From an uncultured Acidobacteriota bacterium (GTDB taxonomy: Bacteria; Acidobacteriota; Thermoanaerobaculia; Multivoradales; UBA5704), in NCBI GenBank assembly GCA_963700145.1, contig OY969474.1, positions 128,001-192,000 of the forward strand: a stretch of DNA of 64,000 bases, given 5' to 3'. The notes under the pieces are model-generated. The model was given only the letters and a program-made list of their open reading frames with translations, made no database searches and had not been told where the DNA came from. The position numbers and the translations under genes are program-made. Position 1 is the stretch's first letter. Every line of letters begins with the position of its first letter. Below are positions 37,180 to 45,746 of the stretch, in pieces.

Positions 37180-38757
37180 ATGCCGTACCCGCCGCGCCGC
37201 CGCACCCTCCTCTCCGCGCTCGCCCTCTGCCTCGCCGCGCTGCCGTGCGCCGCCGCGGCGCTCGCGGTGCCGCCCCCGCCGGCCGACCGCGCCGACCGCT
37301 TCGGCGTCTACCACTGGGGCGCCGACTACTCGGCTTGGCCGGGCAGCCCCGACCGGCTCAACTGGGGTGCCGACCGCGTCGCGGCGCTGGGCAGCCGCAC
37401 GCTCCGCGTCTTCTTGGGCGGCAGCGAGTTCTACGACGTCAACCCCGAGCCGAACGCGCGCGACGACGGCTTCCTGCGCCGCGTCGCCGCCGCGCCGGCC
37501 TACCGCCGGCTCTTCCGCGACCCACGCTTCCGCACCTACCTGCTGACGGTCTACCCGTCGGGCGCGTTCGCCGTCTGGCGGGACGGCCTCGATCCGGCGG
37601 AGGCGGCGAGCGAGCGCGAGCAGGTCGCCCGCCTCGGCGCGGCGCTCCTCGCCGACCCGGCGCACGCCGGCAAGAGCTTCATCGTCCTCAACTGGGAGGG
37701 CGACCACGCGACCGCCGCGCTGGCCGCGGACGACCCGCTGTGGGACGACTTCGCCGCCTGGGTCGAGGCCCGCGCCGCCGGCGTGCGCGACGCGCGGGCG
37801 CGGGTACCGGGGAGCGCCGCGCGGCTCTACTCGGGGCTGGAGTTCAACTTCGTCGAGGAGCGGAGCGAGGCGGCGGGGCGCAACGTGCGTTGCGGCGAGG
37901 CGGGCACGCGCTGCGTCATCGACGCGGTGGCGCCGCGCGTGGCGGTGGACTACTACTCGTACTCGGCGTGGCAGAGCCTCAACGTCAAGCTCGCCGCGCC
38001 GCGGGCCAGCCTGCGCGAGCGGCTCGGCGCGGACCTCGCGTTCGCGTTGCGCGCGGTGCGGGCGCGGCGGCCGCAGGTGACGGCCGCCAACTTCATCCTC
38101 GGCGAGGTCGGCTTCGCCCGCTCGCTCTACGGCGAGTGCGCGGCGGCGCGCTACCTCGACGAGGCGCTGGCCGCGGCCGAGGCCGCCGGCGTCTCCTATG
38201 CCGTCGTCTGGCAGGCGCTCGACAACCGCTGGCGGGTGGAGGACGGCGCGACGCGCACGCTGACCAGCTGCGACGCGCCCGACTGGCTGCTCTACGGCCT
38301 CCACCGCGGCGACGACGGCGGCAGGACGCTCCTCGGCGCGACTTTCGCCGCCTTCCTCCGCGGCGGCGCGGCGGTGCTGCCCGCCCGCTGCCCGCGGATC
38401 GTCGCCGGCGGCGTCCAGAACCCGGCGGCGCTCGGCAGCGCGCGCTTCGCGCCGGGGAGCCCGCTCGCCGTCCTCGGCAGCGGCTTCTCGCCGGCCGGCA
38501 ACCGCGTTCAGGTCCTTCAGGCCCACGTCGTCGGCGACGACGTGCCCGACCCCAACGTGCGGCTGACGCTGGCGCCGGCCGCCGGCGGCGCGCCCTGGGC
38601 CGAGTCGCGGCGGCGCATCGAGACGGCGCTCCCGCGCGAGCCGCTCCACGACGGCTGCGCACTGGTCTGGGTCACCACCGCCGAGGGGATCGACTCCAAC
38701 GGCCGCCTGGTCTGGATCCGAGCGCCCGTGCAGCCGCAACCCGACAAGGGCAACTGA
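37180..38757 (+). CDS. Secreted hypothetical protein, possible TIM-barrel glycoside hydrolase with Ig/IPT-like tail
   Basis: Signal peptide; LNWEGD, DYYSYSAW, ILGEVGF pattern; RBS GAGGAG. Confidence 0.6.
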   Translation: MPYPPRRRTLLSALALCLAALPCAAAALAVPPPPADRADRFGVYHWGADYSAWPGSPDRLNWGADRVAALGSRTLRVFLGGSEFYDVNPEPNARDDGFLRRVAAAPAYRRLFRDPRFRTYLLTVYPSGAFAVWRDGLDPAEAASEREQVARLGAALLADPAHAGKSFIVLNWEGDHATAALAADDPLWDDFAAWVEARAAGVRDARARVPGSAARLYSGLEFNFVEERSEAAGRNVRCGEAGTRCVIDAVAPRVAVDYYSYSAWQSLNVKLAAPRASLRERLGADLAFALRAVRARRPQVTAANFILGEVGFARSLYGECAAARYLDEALAAAEAAGVSYAVVWQALDNRWRVEDGATRTLTSCDAPDWLLYGLHRGDDGGRTLLGATFAAFLRGGAAVLPARCPRIVAGGVQNPAALGSARFAPGSPLAVLGSGFSPAGNRVQVLQAHVVGDDVPDPNVRLTLAPAAGGAPWAESRRRIETALPREPLHDGCALVWVTTAEGIDSNGRLVWIRAPVQPQPDKGN

Positions 38758-38848
38758 CCCCCCGCCCAGATCCTTCGCTGCCGCTCAGGATGACGTGTAG
38801 CTGTCATCCTGAGCGAAGCGCAGCGCAGCGAAGTATCTGGGGGCAGGG
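38758..38848. repeat. REP-like family 1, inverted pair in the opposite arrangement
   Basis: cccagatccttcgctgccgctcaggatgac...gtcatcctgagcgaagcgcagcgcagcgaagtatctggggg between convergent genes. Confidence 0.9.
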
Positions 38849-38859
38849 AGCGCTGCAGG

Positions 38860-39903
38860 TCAGAGGATGGCCAGCGGGTGCTTGGGCGCCGGGCGCTCGA
38901 CCGGGAGACCGGCGGCTTCGCGCAGGGCGGCCTCGGCGTAGGCCTCGACCATCTTGACGCGCCACTGGGTCTGGAAGTCGGTGTTGTCCATCGGCGTCGC
39001 CGCCTGACGGGCGAGGCGCGCGGCTTCTGCGATCAGCTCCGGCGTCGGCCGCTCTCCGGTGAGGAGCGCCTCGGCCGCCGGCACCGCCAGCGGCTGCGAG
39101 GAGACGGCGCCGAGCACCAGGCGCGCGCGCTCGATCGTGCCGTCGGGCGCGGTCCAGAGCGCCGCGGCGGCGGAGAGCACCGCGAAGTCGATCGAGCCGC
39201 GGCGGCGCAGCTTCCAGAAGCTGCCGCGGCAGCGGGAGGCGTCCGCGTCCCCCGGCACCACGACCTCGGTCAGGATCTCGTCCGGCCGCTTCGCCAGGTA
39301 GTCGATGCCGTCGTCGCGGTAGAGCGCCGCGAGCGGCACCTCGCGCTCGCCGGCGGCCGAGACCAGCCGCACGCGCGCGCCGAGCGCCAGGAGCACCGGC
39401 GCCGAGTCCGAGGCCGCGTGCGCCCAGCAGCGCGGCGAGCTGGTCGCCACCCAGCAGATCTCCCCTTCCTCTTTCATGCAGAAGGCGATCGAGCGCCGCC
39501 AGTCCTCGGTCTGGTTGTAGTAGGTGCAGCGGGTGTCGACGCAGAGGTTGCCGCCGAGCGTCCCCATCTGGCGCAACGGCGGCGAGGAGATGGAGGCCAC
39601 GGCGCGCGCCAGCGCCGGCCAGCGCCCGCGCACCGCCGGATGGCGCGCCAGGTCGTCGAGGATCGTCGTCGCGCCGACCCGCAGCTCGCCGTTGGCGCGC
39701 ACGCCGGCCAAGTCCGGCACCCCCATCAGGCTCACCACCGTCGCCGCCTTCTGGTGGCGCCGCTTCATGTTTGGCCAGAGGTCGGTGCCGCCGGCCACCA
39801 AGCGCACCGGCTGCCCCTCGCCGGCCCCTTCGCCGGCGAGAAGCGCCGCCGCCTCGGCGAGGCTCTGCGGCCGCAGGAAGCGGAAGCGGGGGAGGCGGAG
39901 CAC
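38860..39903 (-). CDS. FAD-binding subunit, 4-hydroxybenzoyl-CoA reductase beta (HcrB)-like
   Basis: AGGTDL, GTLGGNLC, Cys-rich insert RCTYYNQ...CMK...IC...RCWA typical of the HcrB [4Fe-4S] domain. Confidence 0.85.
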   Translation of the reverse strand: MLRLPRFRFLRPQSLAEAAALLAGEGAGEGQPVRLVAGGTDLWPNMKRRHQKAATVVSLMGVPDLAGVRANGELRVGATTILDDLARHPAVRGRWPALARAVASISSPPLRQMGTLGGNLCVDTRCTYYNQTEDWRRSIAFCMKEEGEICWVATSSPRCWAHAASDSAPVLLALGARVRLVSAAGEREVPLAALYRDDGIDYLAKRPDEILTEVVVPGDADASRCRGSFWKLRRRGSIDFAVLSAAAALWTAPDGTIERARLVLGAVSSQPLAVPAAEALLTGERPTPELIAEAARLARQAATPMDNTDFQTQWRVKMVEAYAEAALREAAGLPVERPAPKHPLAIL

Positions 39904-39916
39904 CGGAGGGGAGCGC

Positions 39917-42493
39917 CTAGCTCTTCCGCAGGTCTTCGACGCCGGTGGTCAGCGCGGCGAGCTTCTTGCGGCGCAGGGCCTCGTCGCGGTCGGTCATCGT
40001 GCCGGCGGCCGAGCGCATGCCGGAGCGCAGGCGGTCGCGGAAGTCGTTGATGGCGCGGCCGTCGCCGCCCTGCGCCGGCGTCGGCACCTGGAGCGTCTCG
40101 CCGAAGTCCACCTCCGGGAAGCCTGCCGGCCCGTAGCGCGGCGCCTGGCCGCGCGCCTTCGCGTCGAGCGCCTTCGCCACCATGTGCGGGTGGATCGGCA
40201 CCTGGTCGATGCGCACGCCGACCGCGTCCCAGATGGCGTTGGCCACCGCCGGCATGACCGGCAGCAGCGGCCCCTGGCCGACCTCCTTGGCGCCGTACGG
40301 GCCCTGCGGATCGGGGTCTTCGATCAGGTAGGTGGTGACCGGCGGCATGTCGAGGAAGGTGGGGCTCTTGTACTCCAGCAGCGACGGGTGCTTGTGGACG
40401 AGCGCCGCGGAGAGGTGGCGCGGCAGGCGGCGGAACGCCTGCTCCTCCATCATCGCCTCGCCGAGCCCCATGTAGACGCTCCCCTCGACCTGCCCCAGCG
40501 CCAGCACCGGGTTGATCGACTTGCCGACGTCGTGGGCGATCCAGACGTGCAGCGGCTGCCAAAGCCCGGTCGCCGGGTCCACCTCCACCTCGACGACCGC
40601 CGCGGTGTAGGAGTAGGCCGGCGAGGGACCGACGCCGGCGCCGCGGTAGCGCCCGGGCGAGCGCGGCGGCACGTAGCTGCCGGTCGTGCCGAGGGTGCCG
40701 AAGCGGGCCTCGGCCGCGATCACCGCCTCGGGGAAGCCGAGCCCGCGTTCCGGCTCCTCGGCGTCGAAGACCCGCCCCTCGGCGAACACCAGCCGTCCGG
40801 CCGGGACCTCCAGCTGCTCGGCCGCGGCCTCGGCGAGCAGCGCGCGCGCCCGCTCGGCGGCCTGGAGGGCGGCGTTGCCCACCATCAGCGTGACGCGCGA
40901 GGAGTAGCTGCCGAGGTCGACGGGGGTCAGGTCGGTGTCGCCGACGCAGAGGCGGATGTCGGCGAGCGGCACGCCCAGCACCTCGGCGACGACCGCCGCC
41001 AGCACCGAGTCCGAGCCCTGGCCGATCTCGGTCTCGCCGCAGAAGACGGCGACGGCGCCGGAGCGGTCGAGCTTGAGCTGCACGCCCGACTGCGGCATGT
41101 GGTTCCAGTAGATCGGCAGCCCGGCGCCGCAGAGGTAGGCGCCGCAGGCGAGGCCGAGCCCGCGCCCCTCGGGCAGCTTCGACCAGCGCTCGCGGAAGCC
41201 GCTCCCCGCGACGACCGCCTCCAGGCACTGGCGCAGCCCCAGCGAGCCGATGCGCAACCAGTTGGCGGTCGTGCTTCCCGGCTGCGCCAGCATGCCGAGC
41301 CGCAGGTCGGCCGGGTTCTTCCCCAAGGCCACCGCGATCTTGTCGAGGTGGACCTCGAAGCCGAAGCGCGGCTGCGGCGTGCCGTGCCCGCGCTTGGGGC
41401 CGCAGGGCGGCTTGTTGGTGAAGGTGCGGACGCCGTCGAAGCGGTAGGCCGGCAGCTCGTAGGTGACGGTCTGCAGCGCCCCGGTGTAGTAGGTCGAGGC
41501 CACGCCGTAGCTGCCGTAGGCGCCGCCGTCGAGGGCGGTCTCCAGGTGCTGGGCGGTGATCGCGCCGTCGCGCGTGACGCCGGTCTTGAGGCGCATCAAC
41601 ACCGGGTGGCGCCCGCGGTGGCAGTAGAAGACCTCCTCGCGGTCGAGCGTGATCTTGACCGGCCGCCCGAGCTTGAGCGCCATCTTGGCGGCCACGATCT
41701 CGTGGCTGAAGGGGTCGCTTTTGCCGCCGAAGCCGCCGCCGTTCGGGCAGGCGACGACGCGGATGCGCGCCGCCGGGATCTCCAGCACCTTGGCGAGCGC
41801 GCGGTGGACGTAGTGCGGCGTCTGTGTCGCCGAGTAGACGGTGACGCGGTCGTCGTCCTCGGGCACCGCCACCGCCGCGTGCTGCTCCATCGGCAGGTGG
41901 GTGTTGCCGTCGTAGAAGAGGACGTCCTCGAAGACCTCGTCGGCCGCCGCGAACCCGGCCTCCAGGTCGCCGAACTGCAGCGACACCCGCTTGTGGACGT
42001 TGCCGCCGTCGCCGTAGTCGTGGATGCGCGGCTCGGGGGTGGCGAGGGCTTCCTCGATCGAGGCGATGGTGGCGAGCGGCTCGTACTCGACGCGCACGGC
42101 GAGCGCCGCTTCCCAGGCGGCGTCCTCGGTCGCCGCCGCCACCGCCACCACCGGGTCGCCGACGAAGCGGACCCGCTCGGGGCAGAGGGCGTGCTCGTCC
42201 TGCGACACCGGCAGGATGCCGAAGGGGATGGGGAGGTCCTTGCCGGTGAGGAAGCCGAGCACACCGGGCACCTGCTCGGCGGCGGAGAGATCGATCGCTC
42301 CGATCCGCGCGTGCGGTACGGTGGAGCGGACCAGCCGCAGGAAGCACATGCGCGGGAAGAAGAGGTCGTCGGCGAACTTGGTGACGCCGGTCACCTTGGC
42401 GCGCCCGTCCACCCGGCGGAACGGCTTGCCGATGAGGGAGGGCTCGCGCTCGCGAGCGGGCTCCTCGGGCGGACGGCGGGCGGGCTCGGCCAT
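39917..42493 (-). CDS. Molybdopterin-binding subunit, HcrA-like (xanthine oxidase family)
   Basis: GGGFGGK, KRGHGTPQ, EIGQG, GSYSSRVT, GPYGAKEVG. Confidence 0.88.
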   Translation of the reverse strand: MAEPARRPPEEPAREREPSLIGKPFRRVDGRAKVTGVTKFADDLFFPRMCFLRLVRSTVPHARIGAIDLSAAEQVPGVLGFLTGKDLPIPFGILPVSQDEHALCPERVRFVGDPVVAVAAATEDAAWEAALAVRVEYEPLATIASIEEALATPEPRIHDYGDGGNVHKRVSLQFGDLEAGFAAADEVFEDVLFYDGNTHLPMEQHAAVAVPEDDDRVTVYSATQTPHYVHRALAKVLEIPAARIRVVACPNGGGFGGKSDPFSHEIVAAKMALKLGRPVKITLDREEVFYCHRGRHPVLMRLKTGVTRDGAITAQHLETALDGGAYGSYGVASTYYTGALQTVTYELPAYRFDGVRTFTNKPPCGPKRGHGTPQPRFGFEVHLDKIAVALGKNPADLRLGMLAQPGSTTANWLRIGSLGLRQCLEAVVAGSGFRERWSKLPEGRGLGLACGAYLCGAGLPIYWNHMPQSGVQLKLDRSGAVAVFCGETEIGQGSDSVLAAVVAEVLGVPLADIRLCVGDTDLTPVDLGSYSSRVTLMVGNAALQAAERARALLAEAAAEQLEVPAGRLVFAEGRVFDAEEPERGLGFPEAVIAAEARFGTLGTTGSYVPPRSPGRYRGAGVGPSPAYSYTAAVVEVEVDPATGLWQPLHVWIAHDVGKSINPVLALGQVEGSVYMGLGEAMMEEQAFRRLPRHLSAALVHKHPSLLEYKSPTFLDMPPVTTYLIEDPDPQGPYGAKEVGQGPLLPVMPAVANAIWDAVGVRIDQVPIHPHMVAKALDAKARGQAPRYGPAGFPEVDFGETLQVPTPAQGGDGRAINDFRDRLRSGMRSAAGTMTDRDEALRRKKLAALTTGVEDLRKS

Positions 42494-42498
42494 CGCGC

Positions 42499-43218
42499 TC
42501 AGAAAGCCGCGGTGTCGAGGAAGTTGCGGTTCTGGGACGGCGGGTTGCGGTAGCTCTTGCTGACGCAGGGGATGGCGAGGAGCGGGTTGGTCGGGCACTG
42601 GGTGACGGTGACGGTGTGCTCGACGTTGCTCATGTTGGCGATGAACACCCAGTAGCGGCCGTTGACGGCGCGGCCGTCCAGCACCTTCAACGTCACCTCG
42701 ACGTTGCCGGGGCCGAAGAACCAGAAGGCGCCGGAGTCCGCGCCGAGCTGGATCGCGTGCCCCACCCCCGCGCTCTCGCCGACCTTCCACTCGGCGGTGG
42801 CGGTGAAGGCGCCGCCGTGAAAGGTGAGAGACAGATCCTCCTCCCGCACGGCGAAGCCGTCGGTCAGATGGAGCGTGCCGTCGATCCAGACCTCCACCGT
42901 GTAGCCGCCGGCCGGCAGGGGCTGCACGGTGAAGCTCTGCTTCCACTCTCCGGGAGGGCAGGGGAGGACGGTGACGATCTGGGCGCCGTCGAGCCGCACG
43001 GTCCGCCCGGCGACCACCGGCTCCGCGAAGTGCACGGGGCAGTCGATGGAAAAGCCCGAGACGGTGATGTCGATGCGCTCGGCGGTGCTCGGCAGGCGGT
43101 TGCCGAGGCTCAGCCAGAGCAGCTCGACGTGGTCGGCCGCGGCCGGCGCTGCCGCCAGGAAGACGACGAGGAGGGCGAGCGCCAGCCCGCGAAGCGGGAC
43201 GCGAGAGGTTTGTGGCAT
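42499..43218 (-). CDS. Secreted hypothetical protein with FWFF..N.E..KVLDG domain
   Basis: Signal peptide; SGAFWFFGPGNVEVTLKVLDGRAVNGRYWVF...DTAAF; ATG overlaps the upstream TGA. Confidence 0.75.
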   Translation of the reverse strand: MPQTSRVPLRGLALALLVVFLAAAPAAADHVELLWLSLGNRLPSTAERIDITVSGFSIDCPVHFAEPVVAGRTVRLDGAQIVTVLPCPPGEWKQSFTVQPLPAGGYTVEVWIDGTLHLTDGFAVREEDLSLTFHGGAFTATAEWKVGESAGVGHAIQLGADSGAFWFFGPGNVEVTLKVLDGRAVNGRYWVFIANMSNVEHTVTVTQCPTNPLLAIPCVSKSYRNPPSQNRNFLDTAAF

Positions 43219-43763
43219 CACGGTGACTCCTTCCAGGCTTCGACTTGGTCGCCGTAGAACACCCGCTCGGGCGGCGTCCACTCCTCGCCGCGCAGCTGCG
43301 CCGCTCCCCACTCCACGGCCTCCAGGATCTTGTGGTAGCCGGTGCAGCGGCAGAGGTTGCCGGCCAGGGCCTCGCAGACCTCGTCGCGGCTCGGCCGCGG
43401 GTTCTCGTCGAGCAGTGCCTTGGCGACCATGAGGATGCCCGGCGTGCAGTAGCCGCACTGGGCGGCGCCGAGGTCGGCGAAGGCGGCCTGCAGGGGGTGG
43501 AGGTCGTTGCCGCGCTGCAGCCCCTCGACGGTCTCGATCGCCCGCCCCTCCAGCTCGGCGGCGAGGACGAGGCAGGAGAGGACCGGCCGGCCGTCCACCA
43601 GCACGGCGCAGGTGCCGCACTCGCCGAGCTCGCAGCCGTGCTTCGTCCCGGTCAGCCCGCACTCCTCGCGCAGCACCTCGAGGAGGGTGTGGTGGGTGGG
43701 GAAGACGATGGCGCGCTCCTCGCCGTTGACCCGCAGCCGCAGAGTGGTGAAGTCGGCGCTCAT
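43218..43763 (-). CDS. (2Fe-2S) subunit, HcrC/CoxS-like
   Basis: KHGCELGECGTC, QCGYCTPG, NLCRCTGY. Confidence 0.92.
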   Translation of the reverse strand: MSADFTTLRLRVNGEERAIVFPTHHTLLEVLREECGLTGTKHGCELGECGTCAVLVDGRPVLSCLVLAAELEGRAIETVEGLQRGNDLHPLQAAFADLGAAQCGYCTPGILMVAKALLDENPRPSRDEVCEALAGNLCRCTGYHKILEAVEWGAAQLRGEEWTPPERVFYGDQVEAWKESP

Positions 43764-43839
43764 CGCTTGCGGGCAGGGTGGCACCCGGGCGGCGGCAGTG
43801 TCAAGGCCGGGCACGGAGCTTGCGGGGACCGGCCGCCGC

Positions 43840-44614
43840 ATGGTGTACAGCACGAGGTCCCGTTGGGTGGCGGCAGCGGCGCTGCTGGCCTGCTGCGCCG
43901 CGGCGCCGCGCTCGCCGGCGCCCCCCGCGGCGGACGCGCTGCGCCAGGCGGTGATCGTCTGGCACCGCTGGGAGCGGCCGGCGCGGGCGGGGGAGATGGT
44001 GCTGGTCGATCCCGGCGGCCTTCTGGCCGGCGCGGCGGGAGCGCCGCTGGCGCGCCGGCTCTTCGTCGAGCGCGAGCGGGTGCACGAGCTGGCCGCCTTC
44101 GCCCGGCGCTGGCGCCCGTTCACCCTCCGCGCCGCCGACGGCGAGCTGCAGTTCCGCGGCCGGGGGCCGGCGGCGGCCGGCGCGGTGGAGAAGCGCATGG
44201 TGCGGGAGTGGGCCCGGATGGTGGCGGCGGAGACTCAGCCGGGGACGCGGGCGGGGGTTTTCGGGCTGGCCCTCGTCTGGCAGCGCGGCGACCCGCAGGA
44301 GCGGGGGGGCGAGGGCTGCGCCGAGCTCCAGGTCTGGCTCGCCGGCACGGCACGCACCGGCCTCTGCACGAGCGCGCCGGCGGGACGCGCGGTGCCGCCG
44401 CTGCGCCGGCCGCGCGCCGGCCTCGTCGAGCCGGCGCGGATGGCGGCCCTCTACCGCTGGATTGACGAGCTGGCGCCGCTCCAGCTCGCCGGCGCCGCGG
44501 AGGGGCGGGAGGGGCCGCCGGCGCGCCTCCTTCTCGCCGCCGCCGGCCGCCGCCCCGCCGGCGCCGCCGAGCGCCGCGCGGTGGAGGCCTTCGCCGCGGC
44601 GCTCCACGCCGAGC

Positions 44615-44637
<23 letters not shown>
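43840..44637 (+). CDS. Hypothetical (lipo)protein
   Basis: Fills the gap between genes; signal-like N-terminus WVAAAALLACC; no family recognised. Confidence 0.5.
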
Positions 44638-45682
<1,045 letters not shown>

Positions 45683-45701
45683 GGAGGCCTAGAGTGTAGC
45701 G

Positions 45702-45717
45702 TGGCATCGCCCTTGCT
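45702..45717 (+). promoter_or_regulatory. Candidate sigma-54 promoter
   Basis: TGGCATCGCCCTTGCT (GG-N10-GC), 30 nt upstream of ATG 45747. Confidence 0.65.
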
Positions 45718-45746
45718 GCGGCGGGCGATGGAGGCGATTGCGGGCC

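Noticed and set aside
39917-42946. Extended start of the HcrA-like ORF, and fusion with the upstream genes
   Set aside because: The upstream part overlaps the separate secreted-protein gene in another frame; homology begins near 42493
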